In this document: positions 14,519 to 28,915 of the stretch, in pieces
How the letters are laid out: the number at the start of each line of letters is the position of its first letter
How positions within the stretch are numbered: position 1 is the first letter of the stretch
NCBI GenBank assembly: GCA_964016885.1
Contig: OZ024741.1
Span: 370,512,001-370,576,000 of the forward strand
DNA: 64,000 nt
Reading direction: 5' to 3'
From: Eledone cirrhosa
Lineage: Eukaryota
Position numbers and translations under genes: made by a program
The notes under the pieces: model-generated
The model's input: only the letters and a program-made list of their open reading frames with translations
Told to the model about the DNA's origin: nothing
The model's database searches: none

Positions 14519-14535
14519 TATTGAATATGTATATG

Positions 14536-14566
<31 letters not shown>

Positions 14567-14701
14567 GTATATATATATATACATATTTATATGTAAACCT
14601 AATACATAATATACATGTACATAATACATAATACATAATATACAAATATATATATATATATATATATGAATATACAAACACAGCTATATATAGATATGCA
14701 C

Positions 14702-14833
<132 letters not shown>

Positions 14834-15219
14834 ACATATATATATATATGTGTGTGTGTGTAAGTATGTATAATTTTACCTTATGTAACAGAGTGGGTAT
14901 AAGTGTATTTACATACCGTTTGATAATAATTAAGAAACAATAATATTAGGAAGAAATCTATGGATAATAATCTTTATCAAAATATATTATCATATATGTT
15001 TACATTCAACATTCGTCTACATATGTCTTAATGTATATAAGTATATGTATATAAGGGTGTGTGTATATATATATATATATATATATGTCTTAATGTATAT
15101 AAGTATATGTATATAAGTGTGTGTGTATATATATATGTATGTCTTAATGTATATAAGTATATGTATATAAGTGTGTGTGTATATATATATATATGTATAT
15201 ATATTCATATATATATGAG

Positions 15220-15291
<72 letters not shown>

Positions 15292-15406
15292 TACATGTAT
15301 ATATAAATATACCTCCTTTTCAAAATATTGCTATACTGATCTATTTATCAAGATCTATCTACACCCTGTTACCCTACCTATACACTCATCCACACATATA
15401 CAGAGG

Positions 15407-15440
<34 letters not shown>

Positions 15441-15462
15441 TATATATATATATTACATATGT

Positions 15463-15498
<36 letters not shown>

Positions 15499-15522
15499 TA
15501 TATATATATATATTACATATGT

Positions 15523-15553
<31 letters not shown>

Positions 15554-15798
15554 GTTTATGTGCGTGTGTGTGTGTGTATGTGTATATGTGTCCATGTTAG
15601 TGTGTGTGTAATCAGAGCTTCTGTATGTGCATGATATATATACATATATATATATACATATATATGTATACATATATATGTATACATATATATGTATACA
15701 TGTATATGTATATATATGGAGAGAATGTTTGTGAGCGAAAGAACAATACGTTACGTATAAAGTTTCTGGGTGAGAGGGAGAAAGAGACAGAGAGTGAG

Positions 15799-15846
<48 letters not shown>

Positions 15847-16323
15847 TAGAGAGAGAGAGAGAGAGTGTCAAATACAGAGAGAGGGAGAGAGAGAGAGGGA
15901 GAGAGATATAAATATGATGTATTAACGGCTTCCAAGAACAATGCAGACGGAACACTAATAGGTTCGATGCCTGGAGGCTGACGAACAAACGGAATTATAG
16001 TTACACAGATCGTTAGGTAAAATACCTAGATTATTACTGACACATCTCTATCATACTTTGATTATTCCTTAATTCCATAATTCCAGAGAATGTCAGAAAA
16101 TATGAGTACTATATATATATATATATATGTGTGTGTGCGTGTGTGTTTGTGTGTGTGTGTGTATAATATATATACTTATACATACATAGTAGTGAAAGAT
16201 ATTACATATATATATAATATATAATTGTTTCTACTTTTAGGCACAAGGCCAGCAATTACCCAGTGCATTACTGGTACTTTATTTTATCGACCCCTATATA
16301 TTATATATATATATATCTATATA

Positions 16324-16447
<124 letters not shown>

Positions 16448-16554
16448 ATATATATATATATATATGTAAACATGTGTGTGTGTGTGTGTGTACATATAGC
16501 TGGAGAGATACATACATACACATATATATATACATAAAATACAGATGTATGTAA

Positions 16555-16614
<60 letters not shown>

Positions 16615-16789
16615 CTGTGTGAGTATATATAATGTTTGTGATGACATTGGTGATGAAGGTGGTGGAGGTGTTAGTGATGTTGACTATGGCATAAATAAAT
16701 GCGTTCCGTTAACAGCTCATAAAAAGCCAATATACTAATATAACTCACTTCGATCTGAATAATAAGAATTATAATCTTTCCCAAAATTT

Positions 16790-17661
16790 ACGATCGTAGT
16801 TCAAATGCTGCAGAGGTCATCCATCCGGTGTCGCTAAAATAAAGTACATATGAAATAGATCAACATCTCCCTTCCTCTACATGACTCGCCTTCTGCCTGA
16901 AGCTAGAAACATTATTATTAAGGTTAACTTTGCCTTTCATCCTTACGAGGTCGATAAAATAAAGTACCAGTAACGTACTGGGGTAATTGCTGGCCTTGTG
17001 TCAAAAGTAGAAACAATTATTAAAATAGGGTTCAATTTAAGGGGAGCGGATTGGCAGTATCCGTAGAGCGTCAGACGCCATGCCTTGCAGCATAGTGTTA
17101 TGGCCCTTTACGGTCTAGGTTCAAAACCTGCCGAGGTTAATTTTGCCTTTCATCCTTACGGGGTCGCTAAATAAAGTACCAGTCACGCACTGGGGTAGAT
17201 TTAATCGACTTACCCCTCCCCCAAAATTGATGGCCTTAATTAGCAGAGTCGTTAGAACGTCGGATAGAATGCTTTACGGTATTCGTTCCTGCTCTCTGCT
17301 CTCTGAGTTCAAATCCCACTGAGGTCAACTTTGCCTTTCATCCTTTCGAGGTCGATAGAATAAAGTACCAGTAGTGCCTGGGATAATTGCTGGCCCTGTG
17401 CCTAATGTAGAAACAATTATTATTATTATGGTTCAATTTAAGAGCGGTGGATTGGCAGTATCGGTAGAGTCGGACACCATGCTTTGAAGCATAGAGTTAC
17501 AGCCCTTTACGGTCTGAGTTCAAATCCCACCGAAGTTAACTTTCCCTTTCATCCTTTCGGGGTCGATAAGATAAAGCACCAGTAACGTTCTGAGGTCGAT
17601 TTAATCGACCTTACCCTCCCTCAAATTGCTGGCCTTGTGCCTATATAAGAAACTATTATTA
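16790..17661 (+). mobile_element. Head-to-tail cluster of 4-5 SINE family 1 copies
   Basis: Core repeated at ~16925, ~17140, ~17330 and ~17540, plus a degenerate copy at ~16800. Confidence 0.9.
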
Positions 17662-17794
17662 TGGTTCAATTTTGTAAATTTCAGACTCTTAGATGTTAAA
17701 TGATCTGGATATTCAGTTAGGGAGTAATTACAAACAAGCTGACGAAAATGGGGTGATGCGAAAAGCCGATAACAGCTGATGAAATATGGGATGC

Positions 17795-18903
17795 GATGGC
17801 AAGCTACACGAAAGGTAAATTGCCTGGTTTTTATATGGTCTGCCCTATCAAGTTTATATGAGCATTCATATTGAGTTGTTCGGCACCTTTCTCGAGGAAT
17901 ACGAAAAATTTACCAATAAATGTCAGGGCGCCTGCGGCTTGTCACCCGGAGAGGTAAGTCCATGTTATCCAACAACGTCACCGGGCACTGGACGGACGGG
18001 CCGTTTAAATTGCTCGTGGTCTGATTTGTTCCAGATCTCCTGGTGGAAATGAGGTGAGTCGAGATAGTGAGTAGGGTTGCCACTCTCACCCAGAAATGGG
18101 AGAGGAAAGTTGTTCCTGGAAAGTCGGGCAGATGTGAACGTGTGCATTACGTCCGTCATATATTATCACCTGATCGTCGTGCCTTGACCCGTCCCTGCCT
18201 CACCAAATTGCAGCCCTTGCTCTTCAGTATCTTATGAATGGGACATGTTCCACTAGTGAGGGAGTCTATCAGCTTTCAAAACACTCTACGTGAAGAGCTG
18301 AGCAAGCCTTGACTGATGTTGCGCAACCATGCGCTTAGGCTACGGCATCTGCAGGCATTCCTAAACGATGAACAAGTGTGGGCGTCTTTTGTCTGGAACA
18401 TCTTTAGCATCTCGTTTCTTTGACTGTGTGAAGTGGAGGCCGAGATTGGGCGTCTGGCAGAGGGAATGTCAAGGGCTCCCAGCCCTCTATCAGTATAGAG
18501 GACTAGTGGTGGGCATGTGCGACGATATTCTCGGAGAAATTCTTTGCATCGACGAAATCGAATTAACCAGTCTGTTCCGGAGGACTTTCGGTCCAGAGAC
18601 TATTGACAATTTCCAGAAACCTCTGGCTTGGCAATGATACCGGGGGGCGAACGGCCGGTTTAAGACAAACTCTACAAGCACGGAAGCTGTCAAACGGACC
18701 TTTGCGTGATGCGCACTGAGCGATGAAACCGTTCTGCACGTACTCGTCCTGTGTATGAGCATTGCTGACTTGTGGAGTTTTGTCGAACAGCTATTATTGC
18801 GTGTAGGACGGATCCGGCTATCAACCGATTTCATCGTGAAGATTGCACATCCATCTTCTTTTGGCCGGGGAGGGCATGCAGTTTTCCTCTGTCTAGTGGC
18901 TGT
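17795..18903 (+). pseudogene. Old, internally deleted Tx1-clade ORF2 relic
   Basis: Peptides NHALRLRHLQAFLNDEQVW, LTSLFRRTFGPETIDNFQKPLAWQ and FLEEYEKFT align to the ORF2 at 31205-34634; many stops and frameshifts. Confidence 0.85.
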
Positions 18904-18908
18904 AACTA

Positions 18909-19124
18909 CTAGACAGAATCAATAGAAGTTCGGACACTTTGCTTCACGGCATAGTTACGTCTCTTTACGTTCTGAGTTCAAATCCCGCCGAGGTTAACTT
19001 TGCCTTTCATCCTTAAGGGGTCGATAAAATAAAGTACCAGTAATGCACTGGGGTCGATTTAATCGACTTTCCCCTCTCCCTAAATTACTGGCCTTGTGCC
19101 TATAGTAGAAATCATTAATTATTA
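18909..19124 (+). mobile_element. SINE family 1 (long form)
   Basis: B-box, core, GGGGTCGATTTAATCGAC insert, ATT tail. Confidence 0.9.
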
Positions 19125-19514
19125 TTTCTGTTATACTTCTATTATTTACCAACTCGTGTTCATTTTGTCACTAGCTCCCCCGTCCCACCTCCCCTCCGAC
19201 TGAAACATACATACATGAGAAATATGATTGAACTGTATTAGAAAAGCTAAATATGATATTTTAGTAGTTAACTCCGACAACAACAACAACGACAACCAGT
19301 ATAGTGTATACATGACAAGAGACACGTAATTAAATCTGGTGTTAATGGAAGTAAGGTAAAAATTATCCGGAATCACACGAAAAAACACTGAACACATTAT
19401 TGAGAATATATCTTAAAACAAAGAAAAATACATGAAAATTATATTGGATATGTATCTGCTTCGTTAACCCCTCCCCCTCTCTCTTTATATATATATATAT
19501 ATATATATGTGTGT

Positions 19515-19597
<83 letters not shown>

Positions 19598-19623
19598 CAC
19601 ACACATATACAGACACACACACG

Positions 19624-19789
<166 letters not shown>

Positions 19790-19794
19790 GTAAG

Positions 19795-19915
19795 CAGAAA
19801 TAAGAAAAATAACAAAACAAAAGACTGTGCACGGAAGGAATTTATTTGTATAACGCTTGAAATAGCAGGTGGAGGATTTTAACATTTCGGACGTTAGTCG
19901 TTCATCAGAAGAAAG
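19795..19915 (-). mobile_element. Family D fragment with minimal hammerhead (19877-19912)
   Basis: UCUU-CUGAUGA-AC-GAC-UAAC-GUC-C-GAAAUGUU; a degenerate relative at 13824-13859 (+) keeps stem I UCUU/AAGA. Confidence 0.55.
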
Positions 19916-20035
19916 CATGAGAAATTAAAGAAGAAATAGAAAGATTGAGGAGATGGGCAGGGCGGAAACGGAAATAATTTTTTTTTATAGAAAAATAACA
20001 GGTTTATTCATGTTACCAAACAGACTGTAATATAA

Positions 20036-20359
20036 TAATTGTTTCTACTTTCGACCAGCAATTAATCCAGTACATTACTGGTACTTTATTTTATCGACCC
20101 CGTAAGGATAAAAGACAAAGTGAACCTCGGTGGGATTTGAACTCAGACTATAAAGACTGTAATATAATAATTGTTTCTACTTTTGGCACAAGGCCAGCCA
20201 TTACTCAGTACATTACTGGTACTTTATTTTATAGACCCAGTAAGGATGAAAGACAAAGTTAACCTCGGCGGGATTTGAACTCAGACTGTAAAGGGACGTA
20301 GCTATGGTAGAAAACATGGCGTCCAACCCTCTACCGATACTGCCAATTCACCGCCCTCT
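20036..20359 (-). mobile_element. Two tandem SINE family 1 copies (one 5'-truncated)
   Basis: Core twice on the reverse strand. Confidence 0.9.
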
Positions 20360-20514
20360 GTAATATAATAATACAAGGACCATTTGTTAAGCGTTCATTA
20401 CGTTTATTGATTGGTGACGTAATGAAGGCTTAACAAATCGTCCTTGTATTATATATATGTCTTTGCTACTTTGTAGACTGTGATACTCGCTGAAAGGTCT
20501 GTGGTACGAATAAT

Positions 20515-20618
20515 TACACAGTGTCCCCAAAAATGTATACAAACTTCAACAACATTCTAATAAATATTGCCTGTACGGGTAATCAAAGGTGTATACATTT
20601 TCGGAGGAACACCCTGTA
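20515..20618. mobile_element. Tc1/mariner-type MITE
   Basis: Imperfect TIRs TACACAGTGTCCCC..AAAATGTATACA / TGTATACATTTT..GGAACACCCTGTA with TA at the ends. Confidence 0.6.
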
Positions 20619-20750
20619 TATTGATATAATTAATTTAGTGTAGTGTTAGTATAGCTAAAGATTTAATTGTGGGAAGATTACAATGGTTTTTCTTCTTTTT
20701 TAAGGTGTGTTTAATGGAGGTAAAACATGTTTTGTTGTACGATGGTATAA

Positions 20751-20939
20751 TACAAGGGTCGGCTGAAAGGATCATAGGCTGACGAAGTTACGCTCATGAA
20801 ATTACCAAATAATGTTTATTTTTCAACACAATCCCTGGAAAGAAACAATGCAGTTATTAATACGAAGAGCTGAGATTAATCCATGCTTGATTTCACAGCC
20901 CTGGCATTACTCCTTCATAGTCAGCCTATGAACTTTTCA
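20751..20939. mobile_element. Mariner-type MITE remnant
   Basis: TACAAGGGTCGGCTGAAAGGATCATAGGCTGAC ... GTCAGCCTATGAACTTTTCA inverted repeat. Confidence 0.6.
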
Positions 20940-21263
20940 TTAATTTTCGGTTTTGTTAGCACTGTTTAGTTTGTAAATATGCTTATAATATATGCTTATG
21001 ATATGTTGTTAATTGGTTTAATTGATTAATTAATTGTGTTACTGTGGCATGGTTGGTTTATGTTTGTAGTATTCGTATTTGTTTCCCTTTATTTGGATGT
21101 TGGGTGGAGTTTCGGAGGAGTGATTATATATGTATTGCTGAATCTACAGAATCAATAGCAACTACAATATTATATATTGTTCCTATATTTAACAAAACCA
21201 ACTGTGTAAACGAACCAGCTAAAAAAATTAATTACCTCTAATTATTCTTATTTAGGGCTGGAC

Positions 21264-21302
<39 letters not shown>

Positions 21303-21400
21303 TCCCTCTCTCCCTCTCTCCCCCTCTCTATCTCTCTTATATATATATGTGCGTGTGTGTTTATGTGTGTGTGTATGTGTGTGTAATAAAAGACCACGCG

Positions 21401-21483
<83 letters not shown>

Positions 21484-21529
21484 CTTATGTATCCATATAT
21501 ATGTATAAATGAGTGTGTTTGTATATATC

Positions 21530-21660
21530 TATATTTAGTGATTAGGAAAACGAATTCACAATCATATGGTTGCGAGTTCGATTCCCGGACCGGGAGATGC
21601 ATTATCTCCTTGAACAAGACACTTTATTTCACATTGTTCCTTCTGCCAGGAGTTGTAGCC
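21530..21660 (+). mobile_element. Diverged SINE family 2
   Basis: B-box GAGTTCGATTCC and CTTGAACAAGACACTTTATTTCACATTG body. Confidence 0.65.
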
Positions 21661-21767
21661 AGTAGATAATACCACCAATAGAAAAACCAATGGAAGCATT
21701 GTTTCCTTGGCCTGATTTGACGAGTTCCACCCAACCCGGCAAGCGAAAGAGGTCTGGGATTTTGTCG

Positions 21768-21798
<31 letters not shown>

Positions 21799-21938
21799 GA
21801 AGGAAAAGAAATCGAAAATGCAACTGGAGTCTTTTTAAGAATATTTATTTATTTCCTTTACCGGTTTCACAGTTCTTATGCTTCGAAAGGTAGAATTGAG
21901 ATGGAGGGTTTGTGGTTTGTCTCGCACATATATATGTG

Positions 21939-22028
<90 letters not shown>

Positions 22029-23289
22029 CGCGCGCGTGTGTGTATGTGTGTATGTGTAGTAAAATTAGGCCTTGAAACCTTTGGTAGCGCTTTTGTTCCG
22101 TGTATGAAAATAAATAAATGAAATAATATAATATAATATAAAGTAAGGAGCGAGGGACTGCATCCAGAATAAATTTTTTATCCCGTTTGTAAAATAAGTT
22201 CGATTACTTTGAATAAATAATGAATGAATATTACATAATTTATGTACTAAATTTCGTATTCATAAATAATTTAAAATTGACTTCTTTTCAAAATTTCAAA
22301 TTTTTACACTTCCGGTATATCGTCGCCACCACCACTTCAACTACCATATATATAAAAAGAGAGAGTTTGTGATGAGAGAAATAGAGAAAGATAGAGTGAT
22401 TATGATTTTCTACACGCTGACGCGTATGATTGTGCACATACATATATCTATATGTATTAGTATATAACTATAATCGCGCAAACACAAACTTATAAAAATA
22501 CACGCTCACGAACATACATTCAGATAAATACACATACTTTCACACAAAAACATTCACACAAACACACATTCACATATACATTTACACAAACACACACATA
22601 CAGTCATGATAGCGTTCGATGAATTGGAAATGGGATGGTAACAAAAGTATAACGTTTTATTTATTTATTAACAACACAGTTTAACTCTTTTTTTTTTAAC
22701 ACATTCGTATAAAAAGTTAATATAATGATTACAGAACGAAAACACAAACAAATATAATGTATACAAAGGAAAGGAAAACGAAAAAGAGAAAGAGAAAAAA
22801 TACACAAGCACGTAATACCCACATCTTAGACCACATAGGCTGGATAATGTAGTTAGCTAACAGAACATGGTATTTTAGGATTTTGTTCCGTTCAGCTGCG
22901 GATGCTGTAGCCTCGCCCTTACCGCTGCATCCAGGATTTGGGAAGAAGCAAAACACTAACTGTGACGTACCAGGTAAGGCACCTGCCTCCTGACCAGGAG
23001 CACAGAGTAAGATCGTCAAGTCTTTTCCCATCAATTCAGGACAGCCCAGACGGTTCCAAAATTGAGGAGACGTTTGCCCGGGCCAAAGCTCTTGAGTGGT
23101 AATAGGACAGTGTGTGTATGTGCACGCGCGAGTTTGTTGGTGTTCTTAAACTAGAGACATGTGTGTGTGTCACTGTTTTTAAGTTAGAGACATATATGTG
23201 TGTATCCCTTTCCTTCCTTTTATACACACATACATTCACACAAACACACATACACATTGCGTGATGGACGGGTGGACAGAAGTCGCTCA

Positions 23290-23910
23290 AATTTATATAC
23301 ATGTGAATGGAGTTCTACTGAAGCAGTTAGAGAAGTTCAAGTATCTTGGAGCCGTGTTCATGAGTGATGGAATGCTGAATTAAGTGCAAGAATTGCAAAA
23401 GCTGATGCAGTAATGCGCCAGCCTCAGCATTCAGAAGAAGAGGGGAGATGTAAAAGCCAAACTCGCTGTCTTCCTGGTATTCCTGCCAACTCTTACCGAG
23501 GATCATGAATCTTGAGTAATGACCAAAAGAATACAGTTGCAAATAAAAGCGACAGAAATGTGATTCCTCCGAAGGTCTTTGGGGTAAGGTTACTCGATAA
23601 AGTGCATAGCTCAGAGACCAGAGAATCACTCCTGCTAGATCACAACTCCGATATTATGAGCATGTGGTTAGAATGTCTCAGTATTGAATCGTTGGACACA
23701 TTTTACAGGAAAAGACCAACCGCCAAGAGACCCAGAGGTAGACCTTGAGCAAGATAGTTGGATAACATCCATGAGCTTGGCTGGTCATACTTTGGGATCC
23801 AGCTGGATCAGTTAGATATCTTTGCTTCTGACAGACTCGCTGCAAGGAGTGTTTGAGAAGGACTCTGCCCCCACAACCTTCTCAGAAATAAGTGGTCGAA
23901 GAAGAAGAAA
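23290..23910 (+). pseudogene. 5'-truncated RTE-like LINE relic
   Basis: VNGVLLKQLEKFKYLGAVFMSDG, RIAKADAVMRQ, LLDKVHSSETRESL, RPTAKRPRGRP; short GAA tail. Confidence 0.85.
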
Positions 23911-24038
23911 ATATTGTCAATGTACTTTTCAATTTACATATATCTATATGCATATATATTTGCGTATAATAGCAATATGCACACTACATATGCTAGCAGA
24001 AAACCACCCGAGAGTGGTTTTTTTCTGATAGTGTAATA

Positions 24039-24150
24039 TAATTGTTTCTACTTTAGGCACAAGGCCAGCAATTACCCAGTGCATTACTGGTGCTTTATTT
24101 TATCGACCCCGTAAGGATGAAAGGCAAAGTTAACCTCGGCGGGATTTGAA
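24039..24150 (-). mobile_element. 5'-truncated SINE family 1
   Basis: Core and tail on the reverse strand. Confidence 0.85.
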
Positions 24151-24171
24151 ATATAATGTAATATATATATA

Positions 24172-24392
24172 TATTCATTTTATTTTGGCTAAATCATGAA
24201 TAGTAAGTCTTGTTACTCTGAAGTTTCGCCTGTTTATCACAAAATAAGAAGTTCATGTCTGATGACCCTGTAATTAACAGGCGAAACTCCAGAGTAACAA
24301 GACTCACTATTTAACCTTAATAAAATGAATAGTAAAACTCTACGCCGGTATTGAGTAATCTTTTCCCTCAACCGTCAAACTCATACGGATAT
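24172..24392 (+). mobile_element. HHR repeat (family A) preceded by an inverted partial copy; hammerhead 24253-24302
   Basis: UCAUGU-CUGAUGA-C-CCUG-loop-CAGG-C-GAAA-CUC-CA-GAG-UA^ACAAGA; 24172-24235 is the reverse complement of ~24275-24332; tail recurs at 48624-48716. Confidence 0.75.
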
Positions 24393-24488
24393 ATATATAT
24401 ATGTATGTGTGTGCGGTGGCGCGTGTGGGTGTATGGGCTTTCGATATATATATGTTCCTATATATATATCTGCGTGTGTATGTATACG

Positions 24489-24529
<41 letters not shown>

Positions 24530-25096
24530 ATATGGTGCGTGATTTATATACAAGAACGAATTCTTATAGGTTTCAATACTTTCACTTTTTTCCCATGGTT
24601 GAGTGTGGCTACGTTCACTTTAATTTGATATATATACGTATACTTGATATCATAAGAATATGTCTATATATATGTGCTTAATATCATAATATTTATATGT
24701 ATATATCCATATATATATACATACTTTTATACATATATATATAACATAGTTATATATACATATATATATATATATTGAAACCGATGATGTTGGAAGTCTT
24801 AAAGGCATATAGATGTTAAACATACGATCGTATATTAGATTACAGCGTGTACATCGTTTCGATCTAACTAAAAAAACGTGGTATATAATTTGTATGATTC
24901 TATATCAAACACCCACACACAGGAATACATACACACGCCCACAGCCACTCACACGTTCACACGCACACATATACACACACACACAAATTAGCACATACAT
25001 GCACTGACACACATACATAAACATCCACATAGAAAAATGTAGGCTTGCATAATATATTTATGTGTATGTGTATGTGATTTTGTTGGGGGCTTTTGG

Positions 25097-25250
<154 letters not shown>

Positions 25251-25482
25251 TATTTCTTTATTTGCCACTAGGGCACAAGAGAAAGAGACAAATACACAGG
25301 GGGGAGTTTACATAAATGCGAGTAAAGAAAAAGGCATAACAATAAGAATAATATAATAATAAAAAGTCCTCAAAAGGGAGGGGGCGTGTTGGAGATTGCA
25401 CATACCCCCGAAAAGTGTGCAACCCTGTTCGCGGGGGAAGCCCAGAGAGGAGGCGCCCCCCCTTTCCTCTTCACTTCTTCAC

Positions 25483-28400
25483 CTACAGAACAATGTAGAG
25501 AGAAGGCCCATTTACACGAGCCATTCTCGCTTCTTTCACCCACCTTTCATAAAACTGTCTGGGGCCAAGCACTTCTCTCTCCATCCTGATCCTTCTTCCG
25601 AAGTAGTATCGGAAGAAGTAAACCAGGTGTTGGCCGGAGAGAAAGTCACCCGACCTCAGACCTTTCAGGCGCGTCCACCACACAACCTCTTTCATCATGG
25701 CTATTACGCACAGAAAGACCGCCCCTGCTTCATTTCTGAAGGGAGGAGGCGGCTTGATGTTCACCACAGACTCGGCGGCCAATCGAATCGGCGCCACACG
25801 CGACAGCAGTCGTTCGACGTAGCCCCACAGATCGGCAACGCCCGGGCAGTGTACTAGTGCGTGCGCAACGGTTTCCTCGTCGCGCACGCATCTGGGACAG
25901 ATCTTTTTCGCGGGATCCCTGACCGGGCGCCCGTGTCTGTAGAGCTTTTCTCGAACGGGCAGAGCCCCCCGGTAGCACTGCCAAGCTAGGGTCCTCTGGA
26001 AGTTGTCCATGGGTCCCGGGCCGAAAGTTCTACCGAACAGGCTGGCCAGTTCGTCCTCCTCCATGCCTAGCGACTCTCCAAGGGTGTCGTCGCCCCTGCT
26101 AGCCACCAGCCCTCTATAGAATGTCGAGGTGGATTCTCCACTGATAGTCGGGTCCGCTTGCCAGAGAGCCGTGAGTGCCTGGGCACACTCGGTGTGCCAG
26201 TTGCCCAGTTTTCTCGGTCTTTGCTTCACCCAGGATTGCAGCTCGGTGAGCGAGACGAGTTGTGGGAAGGCTCGCCTCACAAACGGGGCCCACACCGGCT
26301 GACCGGTGAGGAATACCTGTAGATGCCGTAGCCTCAATGCGTGCCTACGCATCAACAGCCACGGCATACCCAGCCTTCCTTTCGAAGGGTGCTGACAGCA
26401 GATGGACCTCCTCACCATGGGAGGCCGCTTCTTCCAGAGGAACTGGAAGAGCATGCGCTCCATGATGGTGAGCGTTTCCTTGGGGCAAGGCACGACGGTC
26501 AGGCGGTAGTAGATGACGGACGCTATGTAAGCGTTCGTCACCTCCGCCCGACCTTTCAGTGATAGTTTGCACTTGGCCCACTTCTGGGTCAGCACAAACA
26601 CCCTGCTCGTCACCTCACCCCAATTCTTCTCCACCTGGAGATCCGGTCCGAACCAGACGCCGAGCAGCTTCACCGGGCCCTCCGTCCACCGCCCGACGAC
26701 ACCGTCTAGCGGCATCGGTTTGCCCCTCCACGTTCCGAGTTGCAAACCGACTGACTTGTCCCGGTTCAGCCTAGCCCCCGTCAGCCTTTCGTATTTCTCC
26801 AGTAGGGTGGCGATCGCCCCGATTTCTGAGGCGTCCGCCACCATTACTGTTACGTCGTCGGCATAGGCCGAGACCGCTTTGTGCAATCCCGGTTCCAGGG
26901 GTATGCCCCGCAGCAATTCGAACTTCCGCAGCAGTGGCTCGAGAGCCAATACGTACATAAGGGAGGAGAGGGGCACCCCTGCCTGATGGACCGGGTGATT
27001 TGAAACGGCTCCGAGAGGTAGCCGTTTACTTTAACCCTAGAGCAGACGTTGCCACTGTGCATGGCAGAAATCCAGCCCCTGAAAACGGGTCCGAAGGCCG
27101 CCACCGCTAGCACCGCATTCAGGTAACCATGGTCGACCCTATCGAACACCTTTGATTGATCCAAGTTGATCAGGGCCCCACCAAAGCCGGGTTCGTTCCC
27201 AACCCTCTCTACGATGTATCGCATGAGGTGGAGGTTGTCGTGAATGGATCTGGACGGGATAGCGCATGTCTGCGCGTCTCCCACCAAACCACCCACCACA
27301 AACGCCAACCTCTTCGCCAACACCTTGGCCAAAATCTGTAACTCTGCATTCAGCAGAGTTATGGGCCTAAAGTTACTTAAGTCGTCCCCCTTGCTCTCGT
27401 CCTTCCTCACTAGCGTGACTACGCCCTTGGTCACAGAACAGGGAATTCTCCCGTTCTGTTGCCAGTTGCAATAGACAGCCTCGAGGAGTTCGGAGAACGA
27501 GACCGGCATAGCTAAATAAAGTTCGTATGGTAGACCATCGAGACCCGGAGATTTGCGTCTGCTGCATTGGCTGAGCGCTTCACCGATTTCAGTGGCTGTG
27601 ATTGGCCTTTCGCAGCAATCCGCTTCACCGCTCGAAAGACGCGGTAGACCGTCGAGGTGTGGACCGAAGTCCACATCCACGTCCGGCCCCCCGGCCCCTC
27701 CGAACAGTCGAGCAAAGTGCCTTTGAAAGGCCTCGCACATCCGCTCAGGTTCAAGGATCACCCGTCCATCCTGGTCTCGCAAAGACCGAATGGTGGATTT
27801 AATCCCACTCTTGGCTTCTGTCACGCGGGCCCAGCTAACAGCTTTGGTCCCCTCGTTTCCTAAAGCACGTATTTTACTTCGGACAACGCAGCCTTCGTGC
27901 TTCGCGTCAAAGAACTGGCTCAACGCCGTTCTCGACGCTAACACTCTGGCCACGTCTCCGCTCCTAATCGCCTCTTCTAGTTTATCTGTTAACTCCCTTT
28001 CCTTCCTATTTCTATTCGCCGCTAGTTCCTTACTGTAACCTATCGAACTTACTTTAATCTATCTCTTTAGAGATACCCACCACCTGCTGTTGACGATCGC
28101 TCCCGTCAACCGCATCTTAACTAAGCTACTAATCCGGTTCCTGTAAGCTTCCTTTGCCGGCAAGGACAAGTTCATCTTCCAGTAACCGGGACCCTGTCTA
28201 TGCGTTCTATCAAGGTTGACCACGCAGGTCACTAATTTGTGATCTGAATAGCCAACCATGAGCAATTCTGGACAACTAAATACGTCCCTATCCTTACTCC
28301 TAACCAAAAACCTATCTAGGTACGATCTAGATTGACCACTGAGGTTTGCCCAGGTCCAGGTTGGCACAGTTGGAAAATCTAGTCGAAATCTATCGACCAG

Positions 28401-28910
28401 GTCGAATCGATGGAGTAACCCCTTGAGGCTGCTACACCCCCCTCTATCGGGACATGCCACTGCATAGTCCCAACGCGCATCTAGGATTCCATTCCAGTCC
28501 CCCACTAAAAGCAGGGAACGCGACGTTCCTAGAAAAGTCTCCAGACGCTGGAAGAAGTCGGCTCTTTCAGCCCCGAAGGGGGCATAAAGACCGACCAGTC
28601 TGAAAGCCCCGCCTTCACCGCCTCCGACGTCCAGCACCAGTAATCGACCCCCCGGGTCCGAGTGAACAATCTGTACTTCGAGAGCCAAACGTTTATCCAG
28701 CAGTACGGCAATCCCACCCCCGCCTCCGGGTTGACAGAGAGATGCGTGCATCTGAAAGTCATCGAAGGCGGGAGCCAGCTGTCGCACGCTGCTGATCCGA
28801 CTCTCGCAAACAACCATCACATCTATACTTCGTGACCTGAGGTCACTTAGAAGCTTTGCTTGCTTCCAAGCTGAGCCCAGGCCACGCGCATTCAAACAGC
28901 CAACTCTCAA
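25483..28910 (-). pseudogene. ORF2 (APE-RT-CCHC), disrupted
   Basis: GDWN/YLDR/SDH endonuclease motifs, YADD, CPRC..H..HC; nonsense GAG>TAG at ~28059 and 1-nt deletion at ~26970. Confidence 0.95.
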
Positions 28911-28915
28911 TAGAT

